64,000 nt of DNA, taken from NCBI GenBank assembly GCA_035936995.1, contig DASYVR010000024.1:7276-71275 (forward strand). Reading direction: 5' to 3'. Below, in pieces: positions 24,711 to 33,611 of the stretch. A model generated the notes under the pieces. The model did no database searches, was not told where the DNA came from, and saw nothing but the letters and a program-made list of their open reading frames with translations. The DNA comes from Candidatus Dormiibacterota bacterium (GTDB taxonomy: Bacteria; Chloroflexota; Dormibacteria; CF-121). Positions within the stretch are counted from its first letter, which is position 1. Each line of letters begins with the position of its first letter. The translations under genes were made by a program, and so were the position numbers.

Positions 24711-25566
24711 AGGCGGGGAACAGCGTGTCCAGATGGGCATCGCTGCCCGACTCCGCTTCTTCGTCGTCATCTCCGGGCGAGAACTCCCAGATCCCGTCAA
24801 CTACCATTCCGGCGGCCGCCATCCCGTTGACGATCGTTTCGAAGCGGTGGCCGAACTCGATGGTCGGCGCGACCAGTTTCTTGTTGCCCAGTGTCCAGGT
24901 CATTCCCCACTCATCGGTGTAGGGCACGCGCTTGTCCTCGAAGTAAGTGATCTTCGGCCGCCAACCGCCATCTTTGAAGGTTCCGTAGAGCCGAAGGGTC
25001 GTCGGGTGCATCGTGGAGAGGAGATAGGTGCCTCCCGGCGCCAGGACGCGACCGACCTCCTTGAGCACGCGCGTCGCGTCGTCGACGAAGACCAGCGAGT
25101 GGCAGTGCCAGACGACGTCGAAGGAGGCATCTCTGAAGATGGACAGGTCTTTCATGTTGCCGCGAACCAGGCGAATCTTGACCCGCTGGCGCCGCGCCAG
25201 CTCGCGCACGGTTCGCAGCTGCGTCGGCGAGATGTCGAACACTGTCGTCTGAGCGCCGAGCCGGGCAAAGATCACGGGATCCCAGCCGCCACCCGCTGCA
25301 AGACCGAGGACCCGCGCGCCGTCAAGCCGCACGCCTTTCAGCCGGGCACGCGGATCCATGAAGCGGCGCATGCCGGCCCTCGTTTTCGGCGGCCGGCCGA
25401 GGGGACGGGTGTAGTTCATCCCGGCCTTCGCCAGGCGTTCCCACATCTGCCGGTTGTGCTCGGCGATCCGATCCTTCACCGACTCGGCATCGTACCTAAT
25501 CGCCGCTCCGGCGCAAGCGCGTAACGATTTGGAGGGCGGCTTGCGCCCGGCGCCAGCGACGTGCAT
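24598..25566 (-). CDS. Class I SAM-dependent methyltransferase
   Basis: VLGLAAGGGWD is motif I. FDVVWHCHSLVFVDD and VLAPGGTYLL follow. The start is probably downstream of 25566. Confidence 0.75.
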   Translation of the reverse strand: MHVAGAGRKPPSKSLRACAGAAIRYDAESVKDRIAEHNRQMWERLAKAGMNYTRPLGRPPKTRAGMRRFMDPRARLKGVRLDGARVLGLAAGGGWDPVIFARLGAQTTVFDISPTQLRTVRELARRQRVKIRLVRGNMKDLSIFRDASFDVVWHCHSLVFVDDATRVLKEVGRVLAPGGTYLLSTMHPTTLRLYGTFKDGGWRPKITYFEDKRVPYTDEWGMTWTLGNKKLVAPTIEFGHRFETIVNGMAAAGMVVDGIWEFSPGDDDEEAESGSDAHLDTLFPAFIEVRGRKLLPGALPTDRRRAPRRAVAAKGTSRPRAR

Positions 25567-25568
25567 AA

Positions 25569-25586
25569 TTTGAGCATGCGCTCAAA
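25569..25586. promoter_or_regulatory. Inverted repeat TTTGAGC-ATGC-GCTCAAA; candidate TetR operator
   Basis: 7-bp perfect arms between the divergent methyltransferase and TetR genes. The repeat encloses ATG 25576 of the TetR gene. Confidence 0.45.
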
Positions 25587-26289
25587 GCCACCGCTTAAGG
25601 CGACACCGACGCGGGCCGCCCGGCCGAAGCGCCGCCAGGTGGCGCGACCGCGCCTGCGGGCGGCTCAGTCGGACGGGTCGGCGGGGTCCGCCACCAGGGA
25701 TCGGCTGGTGGAAGCCGCCCTCACAACGTTGCGTACCCACGGATTCCCCGGAACGACGGCACGCGCGATCGCGCGCACCGGCAAACTCAATCAGGCACTG
25801 ATCTTCTACCACTTCGGCAGCCTCGATCGGCTCCTGCTGGCGGCCCTCGACCTGACCAGCAGGCAGCGGCTTGCCCGGTACCAGTCAGTCCTGACCGACG
25901 TGAGATCGATGACCGAGATGATCGACGTCATGTCGCGCCTGTACGCGGAAGACGTCGAGGTCGGCCATGTCGCCGCGGTGCAGGAGATGGTGGCCGGCGG
26001 CTCCTCCGTCCCGGATCTACGCCTGGAAGTGGTCGCGCGGATGGAGCCGTGGGTGCGGTTCGCGGATGAGGTCATCACGCGGATGCTTAAAGGAACGTTT
26101 CTCGAGTCCGTGCTGCCGACGAAGGACTTCGCGTATGCCGCCGTCGCCCTCTACTTCGGCATCGAGACACTGACTCACCTCGATGGCGACCGCCGCCGGG
26201 CCGAGGCGCTCTTCGACACGGGCAAGCAGCTGGCGCCGATCGCCGACGCTGTTTTGACTTCAGCGAGCTGGACAGGAGAAAGAGCATGA
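25576..26289 (+). CDS. TetR family transcriptional regulator
   Basis: RDRLVEAALTTLRTHGFPGTTARAIARTGKLNQALIFYHFGS is a TetR HTH. Alternative GTG start at 25561. Confidence 0.8.
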   Translation: MRSKPPLKATPTRAARPKRRQVARPRLRAAQSDGSAGSATRDRLVEAALTTLRTHGFPGTTARAIARTGKLNQALIFYHFGSLDRLLLAALDLTSRQRLARYQSVLTDVRSMTEMIDVMSRLYAEDVEVGHVAAVQEMVAGGSSVPDLRLEVVARMEPWVRFADEVITRMLKGTFLESVLPTKDFAYAAVALYFGIETLTHLDGDRRRAEALFDTGKQLAPIADAVLTSASWTGERA

Positions 26290-27266
26290 ACGCATCCATC
26301 GATATCGTGACCGGCGGCTTCAGCTACAGCGGCCGATTCATCGCCGCGCAGTTGCTCGAGCGCGGCCGCAGCGTGCGGACCCTGACCAACCATCCGCGGA
26401 CGGGCGACCCGCTGGCGTCACGCATCCCGTCCTACCCGCTGGACTTCGCGGACAGGGCCGCCCTGGTCAGCGCGCTGACGGGCGCCGATACGCTCTACAA
26501 CACCTACTGGGTCCGCGCGCCGCACGGGAGCCTGACCCATGCGGTCGCGGTCGAGAACACGAAGCAGCTGATCGACGCGGCCCGCCGAGCCGGCGTGCGG
26601 CGCATCGTCCACACCAGCATTGCCAACCCGACCGCGTCGAGCCTCAGTTATTACCGGGGCAAGGCCGAGCTCGAAGACGCGGTGCGGTCGTCGAGTCTCT
26701 CCTATGCGATCGTGCGACCCACCCTCCTCTTCGGCGAAGGAGATGTGCTGATCAACAACATCGCCTGGCTGCTGCGGCACCTTCCCATCTTTGCGATCCC
26801 TGGCGATGGCCGCTATCGCCTCCAGCCAATGTACGTGAAGGATCACGCGAGCCTGGTGGTCGAGGTTGGGACACAACCGGCCGATGTCGTGATCGATTCG
26901 GCCGGTCCCGAGATCTTTACGTTTGACGAGCTGGTTCACCTGCTTCGCCGGGTGATGAATCTCCGCACCCTCGTCCTGCACCTGCCGCCGGCTCTGGCGA
27001 TGGCCGGCGCTACGGTGGCGGGCCGGCTGGTCGGCGACATGCTGCTGTCACGGGATGAGCTCGACGACCTCATGCATGACATCCTGTTCTCGCACGAGCC
27101 ACCGCACGGAACGACGCGACTCACGGACTGGCTGGCGTCGAATCGCGATCAGATCGGGCTCGGCTACGCGTCCGAAATCGAGCGCCACTATCGGCCGGCC
27201 ACAGCGATCCGACGGGAAGCGCGACCGGGAGCAGGCCGGACGGCTCGTGCCCGGGGTGCGTCGTGA
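26286..27266 (+). CDS. NAD(P)-binding SDR/NmrA-like protein
   Basis: IVTGGFSYSGRFIAAQLLERG is a Rossmann N-terminus. ATGA overlap with the TetR stop. Confidence 0.7.
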   Translation: MNASIDIVTGGFSYSGRFIAAQLLERGRSVRTLTNHPRTGDPLASRIPSYPLDFADRAALVSALTGADTLYNTYWVRAPHGSLTHAVAVENTKQLIDAARRAGVRRIVHTSIANPTASSLSYYRGKAELEDAVRSSSLSYAIVRPTLLFGEGDVLINNIAWLLRHLPIFAIPGDGRYRLQPMYVKDHASLVVEVGTQPADVVIDSAGPEIFTFDELVHLLRRVMNLRTLVLHLPPALAMAGATVAGRLVGDMLLSRDELDDLMHDILFSHEPPHGTTRLTDWLASNRDQIGLGYASEIERHYRPATAIRREARPGAGRTARARGAS

Positions 27267-28144
27267 TCGCCGTCGTTGGCGCGACCGGGTTCGTCGGGCG
27301 TCATCTGGTTCCCCGGCTGGCTTCGAGCGGTGCCTCGGTGCGCGCGGTTGCTCGAAAACCCGCCGCCAACGTCTCCGGAGTCGACGCGGTTAGCGCCGAC
27401 CTGCTGCAGCCCGAATCCCTGCAAACCGCGTTGCGTGGCGTGGAGACGGTCATCCACTGCGCCGCCGTCACCGCGGACCGTAAGGAAGCCAATTCCGGCC
27501 AGTACCGTCGCGTGAACGGCGAAGGGACGCGCAACCTCGTCGCGGCTGCCCGCCTGGGCGGCGTGAAGCGGATCGTCCTCGTGAATGGCCTCGGCACCCG
27601 GCCGGGGAAAGACGGGAGCTACATGCGGACGCGATGGGAGATGGCCGAGACGGTGCGCTCGAGCGGCCTGGCCTGGATCGCGCTGCAGCCCTCGATCCTG
27701 TTCGGCGACGGCGCATCGTTCCCGGCGGCAATCGCGCACCTGGCTCGACAGCTTCCGGTGCTGCCGGTTCTCGGTGGCGGGCGCAAACTGCAGCCGTTGT
27801 GGGTCGAGGACCTGGTCACCTGCCTGATGCAATGTACGGCCGACCCTCGCTGGGACGGCCGGGCCATCGACCTGGGGGGTCCGGAGCAGATGACATTTGC
27901 CCAGATTGACGACCTGATCCTGGCCACCATCAAGGTCCGCCGTCTCAAGCTGCCCCTTCCCTTGCCCGTCGCCCGAATCGCGGCCCGGATCATGAGCGTG
28001 CTGCCCAATCCGCCACTGGTGCCTGCCACGCTCGAGCTCTTCGAGTTCGACAACACGACCGATCTGGATGCGGTGTTTCGCACGTTTGGGTTCCAGCCCC
28101 GCAGCATCCGCGAGCATTTCCAAGACCATGGCCTCGACGGCTGA
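27263..28144 (+). CDS. NAD(P)H-binding SDR (NDUFA9-like atypical SDR)
   Basis: MIAVVGATGFVGRHLVPRL is a GxxGxxG motif. GTGA overlap with the previous gene. Confidence 0.8.
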   Translation: MIAVVGATGFVGRHLVPRLASSGASVRAVARKPAANVSGVDAVSADLLQPESLQTALRGVETVIHCAAVTADRKEANSGQYRRVNGEGTRNLVAAARLGGVKRIVLVNGLGTRPGKDGSYMRTRWEMAETVRSSGLAWIALQPSILFGDGASFPAAIAHLARQLPVLPVLGGGRKLQPLWVEDLVTCLMQCTADPRWDGRAIDLGGPEQMTFAQIDDLILATIKVRRLKLPLPLPVARIAARIMSVLPNPPLVPATLELFEFDNTTDLDAVFRTFGFQPRSIREHFQDHGLDG

Positions 28145-28180
28145 GCTTACGGCGACGATGTCGCGCGACCGGAACCGATC

Positions 28181-28624
28181 ATGCCTCCTCTCCACCCACT
28201 GAGTCTCTTCGTCCGCTGGGCCCACGTGGCCGGGATGGCGGCGATCCTCGGGGGCGCCCTCCTGGTCTGGTGGCTGACCGCCCGGCGTTCTCGCGTCGAG
28301 GATGGGATCGTGGTCCAGGTTGCCGAGCGGTACGAATGGATCTTCTGGGGGGCGATCGGTCTCCAGGTAATGACCGGCGTTGGCAACCTTGGCGCCTTCG
28401 GTGATGCTTTACCTGCGGCCGGATCGGCGTGGGGCACGAAGCTCGTCGTAAAGCTGCTCGCCGTCCTGGCCTTAGCGGTCCTTTCGGTGCCGCGCACGCT
28501 CATCGTCGCGGTGATGGCGGTAAAGGGCAGACCGTTGCCCCGTGTGCTGCCGGTGCTTTACGCCGGCACGACCGCCTACGTTGTGGGCATCCTCGGCCTT
28601 GCTGTCTGGCTCGCGCATGGCTGA
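28181..28624 (+). CDS. Four-TM membrane protein (CopD/DUF2269-like)
   Basis: 147 aa with four hydrophobic helices, in the same operon as the SDR pair. Confidence 0.5.
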   Translation: MPPLHPLSLFVRWAHVAGMAAILGGALLVWWLTARRSRVEDGIVVQVAERYEWIFWGAIGLQVMTGVGNLGAFGDALPAAGSAWGTKLVVKLLAVLALAVLSVPRTLIVAVMAVKGRPLPRVLPVLYAGTTAYVVGILGLAVWLAHG

Positions 28625-29123
28625 CGTTGCCGCGCCACCAACCAGCGAACGGGATCTCCTTGTGGCTTGGGTGTTGGGTACCTTCCACGCTGCGACGTTG
28701 ATCATCATCTTGTTGCTCGTCTTGCTTCTCACGGGCGGGCTCGCGTCTGTCTTGACCAGCCTGAGTACCGCCGCCGGGCTAGCGCTCTTCAGCGCATTGT
28801 GGTTCACGACAATCTGGTCCGCGCACCGTATGCTTCACGGAGTATTCGGCGAAACGCTCCAGATAGCGTTGCCCCTCGGCAAAGTTATCGCGCGTGCGTC
28901 GCGAAGAGGCGGCATTAATGGTGTCGTGTTCCTGCCGTTCCTGGCCGTCATCCTCGCGGTACCAGCCGTGCTCAACGGCGACATTCTCCCCGTTCTGTTC
29001 GGCGGTCTGGTATTTGCGACGCCAGGCGTGGCGATCGCGTTTCTGGTCGGGTACCTGCTGGGGCTGCTCTTTGCCAGCATCGATGCTGTGCTGCTGTCGG
29101 CGGCCCGCTCGATTCTGAAGTGA
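28617..29123 (+). CDS. Polytopic membrane protein, hypothetical
   Basis: ATG 28617 (MADVAAPPTSERDLL) overlaps the previous stop by 8 nt. Four to five hydrophobic helices. Confidence 0.5.
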   Translation: MADVAAPPTSERDLLVAWVLGTFHAATLIIILLLVLLLTGGLASVLTSLSTAAGLALFSALWFTTIWSAHRMLHGVFGETLQIALPLGKVIARASRRGGINGVVFLPFLAVILAVPAVLNGDILPVLFGGLVFATPGVAIAFLVGYLLGLLFASIDAVLLSAARSILK

Positions 29124-29168
29124 CCCGAGGCCAGCGAGCCTAGTCGGCGCGTCGATCCGCCGCTCGGC

Positions 29169-30128
29169 CTATCGTGAGATCGGCGCGGTTTCGCGCAGCG
29201 CCGGGATGACCTCGTGGGCGAACAACTCCAGCTGAGCCGGATCGTATGGCACGCGTAGCGACAGGATGATGTGCGTCACGCCCATGTCACGGTAGGCCTT
29301 GATCTTCTTGATCGCGTCGTCGGGTGAACCCCAGAGCATGGTCGCCTTCGCCTCCTCGATGGGCATCGCTCGGCGCGACGCCATGTCGGAAAGCATGGCC
29401 TCGAGCTTCGACCGGTCCTTGGAGAGAACCGGCGGCATGCTGACCGACTTTTCGATCGTGTTCGGATCGCGGCCGATCGCCTCGCAGTGCCGCTGCAGCA
29501 CCTCGATCTTGTGCTTGAAGATGTCCGGCGTTCCGAACGCGTTCCAGGTGTCCGCGTAGCGCGCGACCATCTTCAGCGTCAGCTGTTCACCGCCACCGCC
29601 GATCAGGATCGGCGGATGGGGCTTCTGCACCGGCTTGGGATTGCAATATGCGTCGTTGATCTCGTAGTAGCGGCCTTTCCAGGTCGCGGCATCTTCCGTC
29701 CACATGCGCTTCATGATTTCGCAGGCCTCGCCGAGTCGACGGATCCGCTCGGCGACCGGTGGGAACGTAATCCCGAGCGCTTCGTGCTCCTGCTGGAACC
29801 AGGCCGCGCCGACGCCCATCTCGAGCCGCCCGCCCGTAATCACGTCAAGCGTCGCGCCCATCTTGGCCAGCACCGCCGGCTCCCGATAGGTGATGCCCGT
29901 GACCAGGGTACCGACCCGGACGTGCGCAGTCTTCATCGCGAGCGCGGTCAATGTGATCCATCCCTCGAGCTGCGAACCCTTCGGGTCCGACATGATCGGG
30001 AAGAAATGGTCGAAGGTCCAGGCGGTATCGAATTTCAGGTTGTCGGCGACCTGCCAGATGTTGACCAGTTCCGGCCAGGTCACGTGCTGCGGCCCGGTCT
30101 GGATGCCGAATCGCATGGCTCGGGTCAT
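29169..30128 (-). CDS. LLM-class F420-dependent oxidoreductase (Rv1855c-like family)
   Basis: MRFGIQTGPQHVTWPEL...FDTAWTFDHFFP...GGRLEMGVGAAWFQQEHEALGI. Lies 13 nt downstream of the VWA gene. Confidence 0.85.
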   Translation of the reverse strand: MTRAMRFGIQTGPQHVTWPELVNIWQVADNLKFDTAWTFDHFFPIMSDPKGSQLEGWITLTALAMKTAHVRVGTLVTGITYREPAVLAKMGATLDVITGGRLEMGVGAAWFQQEHEALGITFPPVAERIRRLGEACEIMKRMWTEDAATWKGRYYEINDAYCNPKPVQKPHPPILIGGGGEQLTLKMVARYADTWNAFGTPDIFKHKIEVLQRHCEAIGRDPNTIEKSVSMPPVLSKDRSKLEAMLSDMASRRAMPIEEAKATMLWGSPDDAIKKIKAYRDMGVTHIILSLRVPYDPAQLELFAHEVIPALRETAPISR

Positions 30129-30141
30129 CTCGTCTGCTTGG

Positions 30142-32133
30142 TCAGCGACTTGCCTTGCGTTTGCGGTCGACGTAGTCGAGCAGGACGTAATCTCCGAGCC
30201 GGTCGGCGCTGGCGAAGAAGGCGCGGCCGCCGTTCATGCGGGTCATCTGCTTGACGAACGACACCAGGTGATAGTCGTTGTCGAGCATGAAGGTATTGAT
30301 CACGATGTGCTCCCGCGTGCAGCGTTGCACCTCTAAGAGGGTTTTCTGGAATGTCTCCGGCAGGGGTGGATAGAAGAAGACCGCTTGCTGGCCCTCCATA
30401 TGAGCGGTCGGCTCCCCATCGGTGACGATGATCACTTGCTTGTTGCCGGTCTTATGCCGGTTCAGGAACTGCCGGGCCAGCATCAAGCCGTGCTGGATGT
30501 TGGTGCCGTAGATCGATTCGTTGTAGGTCAGCTCGGCCAGCTGATGAGACTTGACCGGACGGGCATAGTCACTGAAGGCGATCACCTGGAGGAAATCGAG
30601 CGGGAACTGGCTGCGGATCAGCGCGTCGAGCGCGAGCGCGACCTTTTTGGCCGCATAGAAGTAGCCGCGCAGCGGCATCGACCGGCTCATGTCGATCATC
30701 AACACGGTCGCCGACTGGGCGCTGAATTCCGAGCGGTAGACCTCGAAGTCGTCGGTCTTGAGGCGGATCGGCTGCTGCGATCCGTCGCGCCGGAGGGCGT
30801 TCATCAAGGTCCGCTCGACATGCAGGCTGAAGGCGTCGCCGAACTCGTAGACCTTCGTCTCATCCGAGCGCTCCGAGCCGAGGCCGCGAACGCTGATGGG
30901 GTGGTCGCCAAAGCGGTCTCGCTTCAAGCGCGTGTACAGATCACGCAGCGCCTTCTGGCCGATGCGGCGCATGCCGCGCGGCGTCAGCTCCATGCCGCGC
31001 CGGCCGCGCTGCACGTATCCCTTCTTCTCCAGTTGCGAGGCCAACTCGCTCATCTGGTCGGCCGCCATACGGGAATCCGGCCCGAGCAGCTGCTGGAGTT
31101 GTTGGGACTGCTCCGGCGTCAGCTGGCGCCCCTGGTAGCCCTCACGCAGGGCCGCTTCGAGGTCCTCGATGCTCTGCAGCCGCTCCATCAGCGAGAGAGC
31201 CTCCTGCAGCGGCAGCGACTCTGAGCCGTAGAAGGCATATCGGCTGCCCAGCCCAGGGCGGGGTGACAGGAGCTCGAGCTGCGCCGCCAGTTCCGCCATC
31301 TGTTCCTGCAGCTCGGGGTCGTTCAGTGTTGAGGCGAGTAAGTCTTGCATCTGCTGACGCATCTCCGGCGAGAGCGACTGCATCAGCGACTCCATCTGCG
31401 CCATCTGGCGCTCCAGGTGCTGAATCAGCTCGTCGAGCGTCTTCGGCGGATTCGGGCCGAAGAAATGGCCGAAGCGCTGCATGAACTGCTCGAACTTGGG
31501 TGGCTTGCCCTCCAGTCGATCACGCAGCATCTGGTTGAGCGCCCGCATCATCTCCTTGATTTCCCCGAGGTGCTCGGGGCGCATCTGCTGCATAGTCTGC
31601 GTCATGTTCTTGAAGTAGGTCTGCGAAACCTGCTGCTTGAGCTCCTCCATCAGCTTCTGGAAGGCCTGCGAGGCGCCTTCGTCCATGAACTCATAGTCGT
31701 TCAGCTTTCGGATGGAGCCACCCACGTCCTCGGGGAGCTGATCCAGCTCCTGCAACTTTTTCTTCGTGATCTTCTGCAGCACCCGCTTGGCCGCCTCGGG
31801 CGCCTGCTCGATCCGATCGTTAATCCCCTGACGCTCGCGCCGCAGAATGTCGTTCAGGCGCTCGCGGATATCGCCGAACACATCGCTCAGGTTGTAGCGT
31901 TTCAGCTGCTGTAGCCGCTTCTGGCGCAGTCGTTCCAGCATCTCGTCGAAGCCCGGAAGTTTGCGGCCCTGCCGGTCACGCCAGCCCCGGCTCATCAACC
32001 GGTGCAGCGCGTAGTCGAAGTCGCCGCCCTGGAAGAGGTCTTCGGCCAGGCGGTCGAACAGGTCCTCCGCGTCGCGGCCAAACGGCTCCTGCGAACCGTC
32101 CCAGCGCTCATACCGGTTCGATCGAGAGATCAT
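30142..32133 (-). CDS. VWA-domain protein with a long Gln/Glu/Met-rich helical N-terminal region
   Basis: C-terminal ATVLMIDMSRSM (MIDAS DxSxS) ...QVIIVTDGEPTAH. The ATG directly follows the TAA of the AAA+ gene. Confidence 0.85.
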   Translation of the reverse strand: MISRSNRYERWDGSQEPFGRDAEDLFDRLAEDLFQGGDFDYALHRLMSRGWRDRQGRKLPGFDEMLERLRQKRLQQLKRYNLSDVFGDIRERLNDILRRERQGINDRIEQAPEAAKRVLQKITKKKLQELDQLPEDVGGSIRKLNDYEFMDEGASQAFQKLMEELKQQVSQTYFKNMTQTMQQMRPEHLGEIKEMMRALNQMLRDRLEGKPPKFEQFMQRFGHFFGPNPPKTLDELIQHLERQMAQMESLMQSLSPEMRQQMQDLLASTLNDPELQEQMAELAAQLELLSPRPGLGSRYAFYGSESLPLQEALSLMERLQSIEDLEAALREGYQGRQLTPEQSQQLQQLLGPDSRMAADQMSELASQLEKKGYVQRGRRGMELTPRGMRRIGQKALRDLYTRLKRDRFGDHPISVRGLGSERSDETKVYEFGDAFSLHVERTLMNALRRDGSQQPIRLKTDDFEVYRSEFSAQSATVLMIDMSRSMPLRGYFYAAKKVALALDALIRSQFPLDFLQVIAFSDYARPVKSHQLAELTYNESIYGTNIQHGLMLARQFLNRHKTGNKQVIIVTDGEPTAHMEGQQAVFFYPPLPETFQKTLLEVQRCTREHIVINTFMLDNDYHLVSFVKQMTRMNGGRAFFASADRLGDYVLLDYVDRKRKASR

Positions 32134-33528
32134 TTAGCCGGCGTAGACAGCCGCCCCGTCGAGCTCGGTCTTGTTGATGCGTTTGCTGAGGTGCAGCCCC
32201 TCGAGGACGAACTCCACCCCAGAGGCGGCCAGCGCCGGCCGCTTGTCCAGTCCCAGGCTCTTGAGCGCCTTCTCCATCCCGGGCAGCTCGCGCAGCATCG
32301 CCGCGTAGCGCTCGGCAGCCTGCAGCTCCGAAACCTCGAACGTCAGGCCGGCGTCGAAGCGCTGGACCAGCTCGTGGAACTGGCTGGCCTCGAAGTGCCG
32401 CCGGAAGACGTTCAGCACGGCGGTCTTGATGATCTTCTCCAGCACCGTCTGGTCGTCGCCCTCCTCCCAGGTCTCCATCTCCAGCTTGCCGGCGCTCGAG
32501 GGGATGATGGACGGCAGGTCGCTGATCCGCGGCACCGCCTCCGTCTCGCCGGTTCGGAGCGCCCGCCGCGAGGCGTTCGATACGAGGTTCTCGTAATTCG
32601 TGATCGAGATCCGAACGCTTACCCCGGAGCGCTGGTTGATTTTGGGGCTTCGCCGCGCCAGTTGCGTCACCTCGGCGACGATCTCCTTCATAAAGTCGGG
32701 CATGGTGACGGCGAGCTCATGGTCCTGGAAATCGGTGCGCTCCTGCTCGACGATCCGGATCTCGTCGTCGACATTGCGCGGGTAATGGGTGCGAATCTGC
32801 GCTCCGAAGCGGTCCTTCAGCGGGGTGATGATGCGCCCCCGGTTGGTGTAGTCCTCGGGGTTGGCGCTGGCAACGACGTAGACATCGATCGGGAGGCGGA
32901 GCTTGAATCCGCGGATCTGGACGTCGCGCTCCTCGATCAGGTTCAGCAGCCCGACCTGGATCCGCTCGGCCAGATCGGGGAGTTCGTTGATCGCGAAGAT
33001 GCCGCGGTTGGTGCGCGGCACGAGACCGTAATGGATGGTCAGCTCATCGGCGAGATACTTGCCCTCCGCGACCCGGATCGGGTCGACCTCGCCAATCAGG
33101 TCGGCGATCGAGGTATCCGGCGTGGCCAGCTTTTCGCTATAGCGCTCGTCCGGGGCGATCCAACGGACCGTCACCCGGTCGCCCTCGGACGTCACCCGGT
33201 CACGGCACGCCCGGCAAATGGGGGCGTACGGATTGTCGTTGATCTCGCAGCCCTCGATCACCGGAACCTGCTCGTCCAACAGGGCAACCAGCGATCGGAT
33301 CAGCCGGCTCTTGGCCTGGCCGCGTTCACCCAAAAAGACGATGTCCTGGCCGGAGAGGATCGCGTTCTCCACCTGGGGAATGACCGATCCCTCGAAGCCG
33401 ATGATGCCGGGGAAGAGCTCCTCGCCCACCTTGATCTTACGCACCAGGTTCTTGCGCATCTCCTCCTTGACGGAAAGGACGCGGTACTCGCTCTGTCGCA
33501 GCTGGGCAATCGTCAGGGGATGGGCCAA
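32134..33528 (-). CDS. BchI/MoxR-like AAA+ ATPase with deviant Walker motifs
   Basis: FLGERGQAKS is Walker A with Ala before Lys. IFAINELPDL is Walker B with Asn-Glu. VVASANPEDY...ITPLKDRF. TTG start 33528; alternative ATG 33459. Confidence 0.8.
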   Translation of the reverse strand: MAHPLTIAQLRQSEYRVLSVKEEMRKNLVRKIKVGEELFPGIIGFEGSVIPQVENAILSGQDIVFLGERGQAKSRLIRSLVALLDEQVPVIEGCEINDNPYAPICRACRDRVTSEGDRVTVRWIAPDERYSEKLATPDTSIADLIGEVDPIRVAEGKYLADELTIHYGLVPRTNRGIFAINELPDLAERIQVGLLNLIEERDVQIRGFKLRLPIDVYVVASANPEDYTNRGRIITPLKDRFGAQIRTHYPRNVDDEIRIVEQERTDFQDHELAVTMPDFMKEIVAEVTQLARRSPKINQRSGVSVRISITNYENLVSNASRRALRTGETEAVPRISDLPSIIPSSAGKLEMETWEEGDDQTVLEKIIKTAVLNVFRRHFEASQFHELVQRFDAGLTFEVSELQAAERYAAMLRELPGMEKALKSLGLDKRPALAASGVEFVLEGLHLSKRINKTELDGAAVYAG

Positions 33529-33611
33529 GGAAGAACCTCTATGGGATGGTGGGTGACGCCTGTCCCAGATTCTACGAGGCGCCGTTTACGACGCCCGCCT
33601 TCTCGTTCGGG

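Noticed and set aside
33459-33528. Alternative ATG 33459 start for the AAA+ ATPase, preceded by AAGGAGGAG
   Set aside because: The SD-like run ends only 2 nt before the ATG, which is too close. The upstream 23 codons (LTIAQLRQSEYRVLSVKEE) look like genuine protein sequence. TTG 33528 is kept, with uncertainty noted.
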